From positions 1,444,717-1,508,716 of the forward strand of contig NC_041064.1 in the NCBI RefSeq assembly GCF_900634775.1: DNA of 64,000 nucleotides. The letters run 5' to 3'. Positions within the stretch are counted from its first letter, which is position 1. Every line of letters starts with the position of its first letter. A program made the position numbers and the translations under genes. Shown here one piece after another: positions 1 to 12,469 of this stretch. Under the pieces are notes generated by a model, which saw only the letters and a program-made list of their open reading frames with translations, ran no database searches and had not been told where the DNA came from. The DNA comes from Gouania willdenowi (Eukaryota).

Positions 1-559
1 GAATGGAATCATGTTAGCAGGGATGCTGCTAATTGGAGCTGGCGGCTATCTGATCTATCGCAAAGTCTGTATTACGTTGGCAGCCATTTTGGGAAGGCTG
101 CCAGTCAACACTGAAGGTTTGGGGAGGGCTTTGAACTCTGACTATAAGGAATCGATCTTGGAAAGAATGGAGAGGATGTTTGATCCCACAATATTAGATT
201 ACTGTGACCAGAGACTTTCAAGGATCCTGGAAAGAATGCTAGCCTGTAACAAAAACAATTCACTATCACCGATTGACCTCCACCAACATGCTTAAGGATG
301 TGTCCAATTTCACTGGGATGTTTACAGATGTGACTCTCTGTCCTCATCCCAGCTGAACTCTCGGCTCTGAACCATAACATCCGACTGTATCAGAGGAGAG
401 CAAAGTTTATTGAGTCTATGTCTTCTCTGCTTTGGTTTTCGCCGGCCCTCTACCCCCCACCTTCCCCTCCAGCTCATGGAAGTGTGTGGAGCAGCGCCTA
501 CTACTGACAGCACGCTGCAACCCCCCTACCCCAGCGGCTGGATATTCCCTCCCCCTCTT

Positions 560-2760
560 CGCCCTGACCCACGTCCAACGCCCAACATCCCATGTGCTAT
601 ACTGTGACTGTGTGTTATCTTATTTGTGTTTTTCTTGCTGAGAGGTTTTTCCTGGTATTCTATTACGTTACCTGTCCTACCTGGGTTTTGTGATAAACTC
701 GGAAAAGAGCATGTTGTCCCCAGCATAGGAAATGGCCTTCCTGGTACTATCCCTGCATTCAGTGTCTTTCACGACGCACCTCTCAGTGGAACAGGTGAAA
801 GCGTTCAGGGCATGCCTCACACTTTTCCAACTGTGCAAATCTGTTCAATTCAGATTATGTCTTCGGGTATTCGGGCTGATGGCATCTGTCATCCTCGTAC
901 TCTGCCTCGGTCGCCTCCAGAATTCCAGCTGTGGGTGAACTCGTGCGGGCTGGACCACATACAGAATGGCACACGGAGGGTACTGGTCAAGCCGGAGTGT
1001 GCCGAGGCTTTATGCAGAGTCTCTACCGGGTGCTGTCGTGTCCAGGAAGGTGGTCATCATGGACACCAGCCTGACAGGCTGGGGTGGGATTCACGAGGGC
1101 CGGTCTCTGAGGGGCCACTGAAGTGTGGACCTCCAGCACTCTCGCATAAATTATTTGGAGCTTTCAGAGGTTTTACTCTCGCTGAAAAGTATCCTCCCAT
1201 CTCTCATGGGACACCATGTCCTGGTGAAGATGGATAATACAATTGCGTATATCAATGCCAGGGTGGATTGCTCTGTCGGTTGCATATGTTGGCACGCAAA
1301 CTGATTCTGTGGAGTTGTGTTTGCTTCCTCTTTCACACACATCCAGAGAGTCCTGAACACGGACGCTGACCTGTTGTCCAAGGACGCGCTGCTGTACAGG
1401 GTGCTGATGTTACACCCGTATGTAGTGCAACAGTTACTGACCCGTTCCGAGTTCTGTTCACCGAGGCAGGAGATGCACAGTGTACGCTGTTTAACTCCCT
1501 GCGCAGCACGGGCGCTCCCCTCGGCATAGGAGCACTAGCGCACATTTGGCCGTGCGTGTTTCTTTATGTTATTCCCCCAGTTGGCTCTGTTGCCCCCTAT
1601 TCTGACCAGGGTGAGGGAGCATGAAACCACTGATCCTGGTGGCTCCACATTGGCCTGCGATGCACTGGCTGGTAGAGATTTACCAGTTACTGCGCGCTCG
1701 CCCCTGGCAGCTCCCGCTGCGCAGGGACTTGCTTTCGCAGGGAAAGGGCACGGTTTTCCACCCAAACCCGGAGTGCTTGGCGCTGTGGGTTTCACCCCTG
1801 AGTGGTTCAATCTTTCAGCTGTGGGATTCTCACAGTGTGATCTCTACTATACAGATTGCCCGAGCGTTTGGGGATGGTGTCACCAGGAGGGACATACCCC
1901 TTTTTAGTGTCCGGTAGGAATGATTTTGTCATTTCTGCAGGATCTGATTAATGAACGGAAAGACTGTGACAGTGTGTTTGGCAGTGATTGCCACTTGTCA
2001 CGTGGGCTTTGGGAAGAAAACAGCAAGCCAACACCCAGTGATTTGCCATTTTGTGAAAGGAGCATGCAGGCTCCTCCCCGTGTCCAGACCGCTCGTGCCA
2101 CCGTGGGATCTGGCAGTGGAGGGACAAAAATGTCTTTCTTTTGAACCGCTAAGGGAGACAGGCTTCAAGTTTGTCTCTCTGAAAACAGTTTTGTCACTGG
2201 CTCTGGTGGGTCAGTGACATCCATGCGTTTTTGGTACACCCGTCATCCGCTCAGCTCTTCCCGGGCAATGTAAGGCTGATTTTGAAGACGAACTTGGCCT
2301 TTGTACTGAAGGTGTTTGGCTCATGTTCTCCAATTGACCTCATGGCCTTCTCTATCTTATAGGGTGAGCAGCGGCCTCATATGTTGTATCCGATTTTTGC
2401 AGTGCACGCTTACAGTGCATGGACATGATGGGGAGCTTCAACTGTTCGTCTTCTGGGCTAATCTTCATAAGGGAAAACCTGTCACAAAGCAGCGCCTGTC
2501 CCCCTGGGTGGTGGAGACTGGTACCCTACTGTGCCTGGGGGGTAGAGGTTGCCGGCGTGCTCTTTGGGGCCTGTATGGTTCTAGGGGTGCCGCGTGGTCC
2601 CTGGGGCCTCGCGGCGCCGCTTGCTCTCCGGTTGCTTGCTGTCTGGACGGGCCGTGCTCACAGCAAACAGGCCTCCTACACAGACAATTCACTTAATTTC
2701 CAGCTGGTCTGGCTCTTTCACGTTGTGCATCACACCCCGTTTTATTAAGCTTAACATGTA
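560..2760 (+). mobile_element. DIRS-like tyrosine-recombinase retrotransposon, 3' portion (RNase H, downstream domain, YR), frameshifted and degraded
   Basis: Frameshifted translations give an RNase H-like stretch 'VIMDTSLTGWGG...RINYLELSEVLLSLKSILPSLMGHHVLVKMDNTIAYIN' (~1050-1290). ORF 1621-1917 reads 'ILVAPHWPAMHWL...LPLRRDLLSQGKGTVFHPNPE'. ORFs 1951-2217 and 2316-2696 read 'PWDLAVEGQKCLSFEPL..LSLKTVLSLAL' and 'LFVFWANLHKGKPVTKQRLSPWVVE', which are recombinase-like. Several frames, so this is a decayed copy. Confidence 0.55.
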
Positions 2761-2924
2761 AACATCAGTCTTGTGGAAAAAGTGTGTGTGCAGGCCGTCT
2801 CTGAGGGAGATCTTAATAAATGTGAGTAAAGTAGAATCATCATCTGAATCTGTTCTAGTGTCTAAAGGACCCTTAACTGAGCAAGTGATTTGTCACACAA
2901 GTATAAGATTAAAGATTAAAGATT

Positions 2925-3145
2925 AAATCGGGGCTTTCGCCTTTAATTGGCCATGTATTGTTAATGGAATTTGTCCTCTGCATTTAACCCATCCCTGAGG
3001 AGCAGTGGGCAGCCATTTTGCGGCGCCTGGGGAGCAGTTCGGGGTTAAGGGACTTGCTCAACATCCCACAGTTATGGCCCAGGTGAGGCTTGAACAGGCA
3101 ACCCTCCGATTACAAGCACAGCGTCCTTAACCACTAGGCCACCAC
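2925..3145 (-). mobile_element. tRNA-derived SINE
   Basis: The reverse complement starts 'ggggagtggtggcctagtggttaagg...tgttcaagcc', with tRNA-like A and B boxes, followed by a conserved teleost SINE body. Related copies at 52500-52660 and 52800-53095. Confidence 0.6.
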
Positions 3146-3440
3146 TCCCCTAAGAACACCTGAAACCTGGACAATTTGGTGTTATCAAATTAATAGAAAT
3201 GGCATCTGGATGGTGTAAAGCAAACTGTATGATGTCATCAAGAATAGACGCCCTCACAGGAGCAAGAATACATTCTGTTTTTATCATTACGTAACTTGTA
3301 GAGCCATAGGTCTCTGAGGGAGGTTCCATCCTCAGGTCCAACCTCCACATCCCTGTGTTTGAGCAGGAATAATATATCAGTTGTACATCAGAGAGCCTGA
3401 GGCAGAACGCTGCAGAGCTCAGCAGGTTCTCCTCCTCACT

Positions 3441-3613
3441 ATGAGCACACCTGATGAAGCTGAGCTCTGCTATCCACACCTGGGAAACTCCTCGTGCAGG
3501 AGGATCATGCGCTCTCACTCAGTGTCTGTGCTCATTTCCATCATCCTGTCCTCCATCTCTGTGCTCACTGTGACCCTCAACCTGCTGGTCATCATCTCTA
3601 TCTCACACTTCAA
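3441..3613 (+). CDS. TAAR-like GPCR (class III-like), coding exon 1 (N-terminus and TM1)
   Basis: ORF 'MSTPDEAELCYPHLGNSSCRRIMRSHSVSVLISIILSSISVLTVTLNLLVIISISHF', paralogous to the N-terminus of the minus-strand gene at 57804. GT donor at 3614, phase 2. Confidence 0.7.
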
Positions 3614-3750
3614 GTAATGACATGTTCTGTTGTTTAATGAACTGTTGTTACATTGTTGAATGTTTCTGTGTTTGACTCCTGCTGTTATCTGCTTTGATCA
3701 GAACTGTCGTATAATATAATGATCAGTGTGTTGCTCTCTAACTCCTGCAG

Positions 3751-4561
3751 GAAGCTGCACACTCCCACCAACTTCCTCCTCCTCTCTCTCGCTCTGTCAG
3801 ATTTCTCTGTGGGATTTGTTTGGATTTTTCAGATCCTGCTCTTAGACGGCTGCTGGTATTTCAGTGATGGCTGGTGTGTCTTTAATGCATTCTTAACTTC
3901 TATTTCAACTGCTGCTTCAGTAGGAACTGTTGTGCTGATATCAGTTGATCGTTATGTGGCTGTTTGTGATCCAATGCACTATTCTACCAAAGTTACTCCA
4001 AACACAGCAAAGATGAGTGTTGTCTTATGTTGGTTTTGTTCTGTGGTCTGTTACACTACAATGCTCAAAGACAATATTGAACATCCAGGTGGGTTTAATA
4101 CCTGTGTAGGAGAGTGTGTAGTTTATTTACCTCCTGTTGCAGGAATTGTGAGTCTCCTTCTGAAATTCCTCATTCCAGTGAGTATCATAGTGGTCTTGTA
4201 TGTGAGAGTGTTTGCAGTGGCTGTGTCTCAGGCCCGGGCCATGCGCTCTCATGTTACAGTGGTGACACTTCATGGATCACTGAAGGTTAACAGATCAGAG
4301 CTGAAAGCAGCCAGAGCTCTGGGTGTAGTGGTTGTTGTGTCTATAATGTGTTTATCTCCACTTTATATTGCTACACTTTCAGCAGGGTTTGCAGGGTTAA
4401 AGGCATCATCTTATGTTGTTTTTTCATGTGTGTTTTTTATCAACTCCTTACTAAACCCTGTGATCTATGCATTTCTGTATCCTTGGTTCAGGAAATGTGT
4501 GAAATGTATTTTTTCTCTTCAGATTCTGAAGTCTGGTTCCAGTGAGGCCAACATACTGTAA
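3751..4561 (+). CDS. TAAR-like GPCR, coding exon 2 (TM2-TM7, stop at 4559-4561)
   Basis: Acceptor 'ctcctgcag' ends at 3750. Encodes 'KLHTPTNFLLLSLALSDF...SVDRYVAVCDPMHY...NPVIYAFLYPWFRK': DRY motif plus the TAAR fingerprint NPxIYxxFYxWF. No Asp3.32, as in teleost class III TAARs. Confidence 0.75.
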
Positions 4562-4578
4562 AGAGAGAGAGAGAGAGA
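4561..4578. repeat. (GA)n microsatellite immediately after the TAAR stop codon
   Basis: Sequence 'aaagagagagagagagagac'. Confidence 0.8.
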
Positions 4579-5329
4579 CTGCTGATGTGTAATTGTATCA
4601 CACTGTGCTGTTGATGTCTGAAAATCTTCTTCTCAAACTGTGATGATTGTAGAGAGCAGCTGCTCACATGCAAAGTTTGTGTTGATGATATTTGGGAGTT
4701 GCCCTTGAAATAAAATGTGGATGATCTGCACACTAATGATGATTTGATCCAATGATTGGGATAAGTGGTGAGAAATACTTTGAGGTGAGGAAACAAATGA
4801 ATGTTATTATGTAGTGATGAAACCAAATCAGGGTCTTGACATGAACTCAGGCGTTTAACTTTAACTTTACAAGCAGGATAAATTGATGATCTTTAAATGA
4901 AAAATCCTCAGACAAATGTGCACAAACACTTTAAGGCCTGAACCTCACTGCATTATTCCTTTCATAACAGTAAAAACAATCAGAATAGGAGAGTTACATG
5001 TAACACTGTCTCTGTGTGCAGCATCACTGCCTGAAATCTAATCTACAGATGTGCCAAATGTGATAAAACATGATGTTTTATAACATTTGAAAAAGGTCAA
5101 AAAACCCTGTATCTTATTTTCAAAGAAAACCGACAGAGAGGCAAAAATTAAAAACTGGTCGTAGACGAGCTTTACTTAGATGGCCAACTTTTTAGGAATT
5201 CGAACATCATCACCTGACTCTACTAAGAAAAAAAAAACAAAAACAGGTGAGTCAACATTCAAAGGATAATTCTCCACTCATGTTGAAGCTAAGGTAGCAC
5301 TATTTTAAAGGTAAAATAAATGTATGTGC

Positions 5330-5406
5330 TCTATGTGTGTGTATGTGTATGTATAAGTATATGCATATATATATGCATACACATACACACATACACACAT
5401 ACACAT

Positions 5407-5502
<96 letters not shown>

Positions 5503-5512
5503 GAAATAAAAC
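5330..5512. repeat. Compound microsatellite (TG/CA)n-(CATA)n-(AT)n
   Basis: Direct reading. About 90 bp of pure (AT)n at 5416-5500, flanked by (CA)n and (GTAT)n. Confidence 0.9.
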
Positions 5513-6989
5513 AATAATAATTAGAAAAAAAATAAAAAGAATTAAAAAGTGAAAAAAAATGTCTATATACGTAAGTGGATGTGTGTGTATGTATGTATGT
5601 GTAGGGAACCAAACCACATCAAGCCTAAAGACCCTCTTCCTAACAGGAATTAACAAAGGAGCCTGTTTCTTTATCACAAACTGTTTTTTATTACAAAATA
5701 ACTGCCCCAGTAACTTTGAGGTGCATAGCTAACCCCACTATGCGGCCTTTTGAACCCAATAACGTAGCCGAAAAGACTGGCCCAACACTTTGAAGAGTTC
5801 AGTATGAACTCTTTTTACGACTCCACACGGGGGAAGAACATCCGTCTTCTCCCTCCTTTACAAACAGATACCTTTGGGATGCTGTAAGATCACAGAACTG
5901 TCCCACTGACCCCTGACCCCCTGTGGTGAGCTGTCACAGAAGGACACTTTCCAGGCCTTCTCTGAGATGTGTCCCAGTGAAAAAGGAGAACAAACAAATT
6001 GTATTATGTTTGAAAAGTTACAAACAAAAACATTATTGGAATGGTTTCTGCAGAAATTGAAATTGCAAATATTGTCTGTCCTATTCCACTCTTTTCAGAT
6101 AATTTTGTACCCACAGAATGCTATTTTAAATGTTTCATCATTTAAAAAGTGCTTAAAATACCAGAAAACATCACAAAAGTTAGTTTAAGGTATCTACTGC
6201 AACCATATAGTACAGAAGAGGCATCACATGATTTTTTACATTTATGTTTACGAGTAATCACAAGTAAAATTCATTAACCGGTTCCTAAAGTAATACTAGG
6301 CTATTTTCCAGTCGTGTCTGGTATCAAAATGTTTCATAATACATGATATGATTTGATGTTGAAAAGATGTTTTGAAATATGTGGAATTAATTATCAGGCA
6401 TTTTTCTATGTTTAGGAATTCCCTCTGTTGTCTGTCATTCCACTTTACACACACACCCCAGACACACCCACAGGCAGTCAGCTGAGATGTTGGCAACTTT
6501 AAACCAATCAACAAAGCCTTTCCTCTTGGGAGGCAAGTCTCAAAGACAATCTTTTAAAAGGAAGAAAGCCGCTCCAAACTTTAGTTTTGGGACGCTGGTG
6601 ATTCATACTCAACGCGTTTCCCTTCCCCATCTTTTCATTTATTTTATTTTATTTTTAGTTGAAACAGTTTTTGGAACAACAGCTTGCTTGGTTCGGACGA
6701 ATCCAGCATCTAGTGACATGCATAACAGCCGAAAGAAGCCCGGCTCGCGACCCACTGTGGTATGCCACGAGCCACTCTCTAACCCAGCTGTGAAGGCCAG
6801 AACCGCTTGGATCGGCTGAAGGGGCTATACACGTCCCGCTGCATTTCTACAATACAGAACCTCCAGGTCCAACCCTGACATCATCTTCAAGGTACCTGAA
6901 CGAACTTGCATCAGCAAACTTGATCCACTATAGTTCACATACATACTTCTATAACTGCACACATACCTACACGCACATGTTCCACACAG

Positions 6990-7250
6990 TTCATCTCATT
7001 CATGTTTGTTCGTTCTCCCCGTCTGTCTTCTGCCCTTTGTTTTATGAGCTCTCTTTATGATTTTATTCTTCGATTTCATGATCTTATTATTTGAATATGT
7101 ATCCTGCATTGCCCTGTGATGGACTGGCGCCCTGTCCAGGGTGTACCCCCGCCAAGCGCCCTATGAGAGCCAGAAATTGGCACCGGCAGACCCCCGCGAC
7201 CCTGTTAAACGGGAATAAGCGGGTATGAAAATGGATGGATGGATGTATCC
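6990..7250 (+). mobile_element. SINE 3' portion, same family as 52800-53095
   Basis: Shares '...ttctccccgt...ccctgt(g/a)atggactggcgccc...cccgccaagcgccctatgagagccagaaattggcaccggcagacccccgcgaccctg...' with the 52800-53095 copy. Confidence 0.45.
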
Positions 7251-7949
7251 TGCATTTTTATTCAATACTTAGTAGATTAGCATTCACCTAGAATAGTGGT
7301 TTCACTTTATTACATATAATCCTCACTTTTATTAGCCGAGAAATGCATTTTATCATGATTTAATTATCCCATTTCAATTGATATTTTGACTGTGTTAATT
7401 GTTGAATTTTGAATAAAGGCTAAACGTAATCTTTGATTCCTCTGATTCATTAAAGCTGTGATTATGGTGTAGATTTGCTGTTAGAATTCACTTTTCCCTG
7501 GTTTCAAATTAATGGGTTTAGTCTAAAAACTTAGACATAATTCTCCTGTTAACAGGAGTGGCACGCCGCAAAAGTTGAAGTAATATTAATAATCATAATT
7601 AATATTCTTAGTTATATAACCTATTATTAACTCATCCTCCTACATATGTATGTATGCTATATATTTGCACAGATGTTGGTAAACACGTATAGGCGCGTAC
7701 ACTCTCACAGGACACTCTCTACCCCCATGTCAACACTTTACTCTCCAACCCCCCCCAACACTTCATATAACCACCTCTTGCTTGTCTTACTCTTTTTATA
7801 GTGTTTGTTGTTGTTGTAGTGATATCGCATGATAAGTATTTCTCCTCTTTTTTTCTTGCATCCAAGCTTTCTATGACACAGCTGTGCACCAATGCTCAGA
7901 CTCAGGGTTATGCTCACATCTGTATGGACTAAACACCACTACTCTCCAT

Positions 7950-10100
7950 GTCTCACTTTACAGTAACATTCTGGAATGTGCGTGGCATTCGCTCGCAGGC
8001 TAAAAAGATTAAGATATTTAATTATGTATCGAGATTAAATGCAGATGTCCTCTTTTAATAAACTCACTGACTTAAATCAGAAGAAAAATCTCTGACAGAC
8101 TCAAATTTAGATATATAGATAGTTTTAGATATATAATTCGTGTTACAATTCCAGACAAAGAGGAGTCTTGATTCTTTTCAACAAAAGGTTGCTCTTTAAC
8201 ATAATCAACTCCACCATAGACCCAGAGCGTAGATATATTATTATCAAAGTGGTAATCTATAATAAATGTTTCATAATTCTAAACCTCTATGCCCCCAATA
8301 ATGACGACCCTGAATTCATCCATAAAGTTTTTTCGGAGCTATCAGACCTTTCTGCTGACTCATCATTAATCATCGGAGGTGACTTCAATCTGACACTCAA
8401 CACATCATTAGACAGATCCAGTAAGTGCCCAAATACAAAACCATCCCGATCTGCTAAAGTATTAATGAATTACATGGATGATCATGGAATAGGAGACGTA
8501 TGGAGACTGAACAACTCAACTAAAAAAAGAATACACCTTCTTCTCCCCTGTGCATAAATCCTTCTCCCGAATTGATTTCTTTCTCTCAAATAATTCCATC
8601 GTACATAAGATTTCCTCTCAAAAAATCCTATAATCATTAGCAATCATGCGCCGATATCCCTCACCCTGAAGTGTGACTTTAATTAGAAATTATCCTCTCT
8701 ATGGCGCTTTAATACTTCATTACTTAATAACTGTGAATTTGGAAAAATGATAAGAAAAGAATGGGAGGACTTTCTATGAACAAACGACTCCCCGGAAGTG
8801 TCACCGTCCTTACTCTGGGAAACTGGCAAGGCTGTCATCAGAGGGAAGATTATATCATACATGCAGAAAAAGCATTCGATAGAGTCAACTGGTCATTCCT
8901 CCTAACTGTCCTTGGCAAATTTGGCTTTGGAGAATCATTCATACAATGGATCTCCACCCTCTACACTAAACCTAAGGCCTTAGTAACCACAAACAAAATA
9001 ACATCCCAAAGCTTCTCACTGCAGAGGGGAACCAGACAAGGTTGTCCACTCTCACCTTTGCTTTTTGCAATATTTGTTGAACCTCTCGCAGCAGTTGTAC
9101 GTCAGAACTCTGTTATTAAAGGAATCCACTCATCCATCTCAGAACACAAAATTAATCTTTATGCGGATGATATTTTACTTTATTTAGAAGAACCCCAATC
9201 CTCATTAGAAGAATTATTTAAACTAATAAACAGCTTCTCTAAATTATCAGACTATTCCATTAACTGGTCAAAATCATCAATCCTTCCTTTAACAAAAAAA
9301 TCATGGAACCCAGTAAGCCATAACCCACAATACCCCTCCCCCACAAATACAATTAAATATCTAGGCTTAAATATATCACCAAACCTAAATGAATTAATTA
9401 AACTGAACCTGGATCCACTGTTGGATAAAGTCACAGAAGATCTGCGGAGATGGAACAATCTCCACATCTCACTCCTTGGCAGAATAGCCTCAGTTAAAAT
9501 GAAAATCTTACCTAAAATAAACTATCTGTTCTCTATGATCCACTGAAACCACCAACACAATGGTTCAAAAGATTAGATTCTGCAATTACAAAATTCTATG
9601 CTAGGAATAAAAAACCTAAAATAAGCCTTTCAACCCTTCAAAACAATAAAAGCGAGGGTGGGTTGGAAGCTCCTAATTTCATGCATTATTACCTAGCAAA
9701 CCAAATTCTATATTTAACAGAATGGCTAAAACCAAAAGAATACCACAACACCTGACTAGAAATAGAACAGTTAGACTGTAAACATATTAAACTCTCTGAT
9801 CTCCCTTTTATCTCTGCGACCCTCAAACATCATAACTGCTTTAAAAACCCACTGATTGCCTCCACCCTGACTGCGTGGTGGAAAGCCCTGGACATTACAA
9901 ATGTTCAGTTAAAAACTAGCATCCTGTCTCCAAGCCGGCACATCCCTGACTTTGGAAATAGAAAAACACTGCTCTATCTAAAAACATGGGAAGAGAGCAG
10001 AATTATCCATCTCCAAGACCTCTTTGGAATTGGAAAGATAAAAAATCCTAAACATAAATCAATGGCAAAATCTCCTCATATTTTTTATTATTTCCAGTCA
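7950..10100 (+). mobile_element. L1/Tx1-like LINE, degraded (APE endonuclease plus reverse transcriptase)
   Basis: 'VTFWNVRGIRSQAKKIKIFNYVSRLNADVLF' at 7958. EN ORF 8168-8557 ('LNLYAPNNDDPEFI...IIGGDFNLTLN'). RT ORF 8761-9546 ('RQGCPLSPLLFAIFVEPLA...LYADDILLY'). Stops and frameshifts lie between the pieces. Confidence 0.65.
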
Positions 10101-10677
10101 TCTCCGTCCTGATGTGGGACCAACACTGACCTTTGTATTTTCACTTCATGTTCTAATCACCATCATTTATGTGTGTTTTCTTGTTGTTTGTCTGATGTTT
10201 TTTATTATTCAATGTATTTTTCTCTTATTTTATGCAGTTTTGTTGTCGTTTTTGACCTGGTGTTCCAGGCTGTGGCCCCCAGACTCTGGAATGACCTTCA
10301 CCAGTTTCTCAGGGAGCTCAACTGTGTGGTCACGTTAAGAAACTGTTGAAGACTTCACTTTTCAGAAAAGCTTTTAGTTAAATGGAATTAATTAATTATC
10401 CTTTTATGATGTTGTTCCTGTTGTTTTATTTTCTCCTTTGTTCTGTACAGCACTTTGTGATTTTATCTGCAAAAAGCACTTTATAAATAAATTACTTACT
10501 TATTTACTTACTTGGTGGGGTCAGAGGGGCCGTAGGCGCAAAATAGCAACTGCACTTTTGTCAGTCAGCCCCAGGGCAGCTGTGGCTACATTGTAGCTTA
10601 CCACCACCGGTATGACTGTTGTGAGTAAATTGGTTTCTGTGCACACTTTGTGTCTTTGAAGAAAGTGCTATATAAAT

Positions 10678-10683
10678 CAAAGC

Positions 10684-10757
<74 letters not shown>
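10678..10757. repeat. (AAT)n microsatellite
   Basis: About 26 uninterrupted 'aat' units. The preceding 'aagtgctatataaatcaaagc' resembles a teleost SINE tail. Confidence 0.9.
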
Positions 10758-10758
<1 letters not shown>

Positions 10759-11009
10759 CACATTGAATCCTAATTTGCAAAAAGGTTTAAAGGCACAAAG
10801 GTTTATTCAGTGTTGGGTTCAACAGTTTGGTGAAAGTAACAAATCTGTAGCAGACATGGTGTGAAATGTAGAGGTTTGCTGTAGCGCCACCTTGAGGGCC
10901 ATTGGCCTGTTTTTGCTGCTTAGAAGACAAAGAAATAAATAACTATTAACTTTAGTTCTGTTTATATTGCTGATCATTTGTGAAGCTCAAATCATGAGGG
11001 TGAAACTTT

Positions 11010-11170
11010 TATTTTGAAAGTCTGCCGTATTCAGGTGGATGCGCATGCGCGCGTCAAAACGAGCGCACACAGGCAGCTTGACCCCCTGCCCACGGGCTCA
11101 CGGCGGTGGGAATCAAACAGTCAACCTTTGCCAGTCACTGAGCGGCTCCAGCTGCTGCACAGCTGTAAGG
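11010..11170 (+). promoter_or_regulatory. parp4: Candidate parp4 promoter or non-coding first exon (speculative)
   Basis: Locally CG-rich ('gatgcgcatgcgcgcgtcaaaacgagcgcac') and ~600 bp upstream of the ATG. A possible donor 'ctgtaag|gtatct' at ~11167 and an acceptor 'ttcctcag' ending at 11777 lie just before the ATG at 11785. Confidence 0.2.
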
Positions 11171-11455
11171 TATCTCCTCTTTATTTACCTTACACACACA
11201 AACGTGTGAGAAATTCTTTATTTTTGTCCAACACTTCCGGTTTTCCTGCTTCCTGGTTCAGTGTGTGATTAAAAACGTGCTTTTGTGAGTGTGTTATCCA
11301 TAGCGTGTGTGTGTGTGTGTGTGTAGATGTGTGTGTAGGTGTTGATTCACACTGACTTTAAACGTTTGTTTGGCTGAGTTGACACTTTACTTCCGCGTGT
11401 CTTGTTCCCTGTAGTACTGATAGAAACCAGCAGGAGGAGACAATGTGCAAAGTAA

Positions 11456-11492
<37 letters not shown>

Positions 11493-11784
11493 GGTACCAA
11501 TCACACTGAGAGAAAAACCTCCCAATTATATGATGCCAAACTCCAATGACCCTTAATTTAGGTTAATTATTTGCAAGTCTCTAATTAATTAGATAACTTT
11601 TTTATTTGATTCCCACCAATAATAATATGTAATGTATTATAATTTCTTCTGAAGGGCAGGTGATGATGATTATGTAATGTGATGTCTTCCCTCTTCCATT
11701 CCTTTCTCACCAGTTTTTTGTCACTAATCCAGACATTGATCGTCTTCGCTTTCCCTCCTGAATCCTTTGCTTCCTCAGGTCAAC

Positions 11785-11910
11785 ATGTTGGTTTTTGAGA
11801 ACTGCTCCGTGTTTCTGGAGCTAAGGAACTTGTCCCTCAGCGAGAAGAAGAAGCTGAGATCAGCGGTGACGGAGAACGGAGGAAGCATCACCTTCATCAT
11901 CACAGCACAG
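11785..11910 (+). CDS. parp4: PARP4 (vault PARP) exon 1, BRCT domain start
   Basis: 'MLVFENCSVFLELRNLSLSEKKKLRSAVTENGGSITFIITAQ' aligns with my recollection of the human PARP4 N-terminus, from memory and not database-checked. Donor 'cag|gtacag'. Confidence 0.75.
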
Positions 11911-11929
11911 GTACAGATAGATACACAAT

Positions 11930-12181
11930 AGATCTGGTCCTGTCAAAGTGGTGGTCTCGTGTCTCCATCAGTGGTCTCTGGTGGTCTCGTGTCTCCATCA
12001 GTGGTCTCTGGTGGTCTAGTGTCTCCTACAGTGGTCTCTGGTGGTCTAGTGTCTCCTACAGTGGTCTCTGGTGGTCTAGTGTCTCCTACAGTGGTCTCTG
12101 GTGGTCTAGTGTCTCCTACAGTGGTCTCTGGTGGTCTAGTGTCCCCTACAGTGGTCTCTGATGGTCTCATGTGTCCTACAG
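11930..12181. repeat. 30-bp minisatellite (~8 units 'gtggtctctggtggtct(a/c)gtgtctcc(t/a)aca')
   Basis: Direct reading. Every unit ends in 'cctacag'. The last unit supplies the exon 2 acceptor. Confidence 0.9.
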
Positions 12182-12401
12182 TGTTCTTTGGTCGTGGTCT
12201 CTGACGTGTCCCAGCTCAGTTCCACGCGGCTACGCAGCGTCCAGAGGCACCAGGTGCCCGTGGTGAGCCCGGAGTACCTGCACCGCTGTTTGGAGAGCGG
12301 ACAGCTGCTCTCTGTGGACGGGTTCAAGTTGGACACGTCCTCGCCTCACTCAGTTGTTCCTGCTCCGCCTCCACCCAGACAGGCTCCGCCCACAGAACAA
12401 G
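12182..12401 (+). CDS. parp4: PARP4 exon 2, rest of BRCT
   Basis: 'CSLVVVSDVSQLSSTRLRSVQRHQVPVVSPEYLHRCLESGQLLSVDGFKLD...' matches the remembered human 'CTHIILDNADVLSQYQLNSIQ' (recalled, not checked). Phase 0 after exon 1. Donor 'caag|gtgaga'. Confidence 0.7.
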
Positions 12402-12469
12402 GTGAGATATCAACTACTCTCAGGTCCCTCAGAGGTCGAATGCTTAGATGACCTCTGAACTTTGACCTC

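Noticed and set aside
626-1237. 203-aa ORF
   Set aside because: It is one frame of a degraded DIRS-like element. The RNase H-like signal lies in another frame of the same region, so it is not a host gene.
3381-3440. Upstream in-frame ATG (MYIREPEAERCRAQQVLLLT) for TAAR gene 1
   Set aside because: The paralog at 57804 begins 'MATVDDAEFC' and aligns with 'MSTPDEAELC' from 3441. The 20-residue extension has no counterpart and is likely 5'UTR.
5300-5677. ORFs of 60-125 aa across 5300-5680, and the ORFs at 17122-17437
   Set aside because: They are translations of (CA)n/(AT)n microsatellites ('YIYIYIY', 'CVCVCV') with no coding signal.
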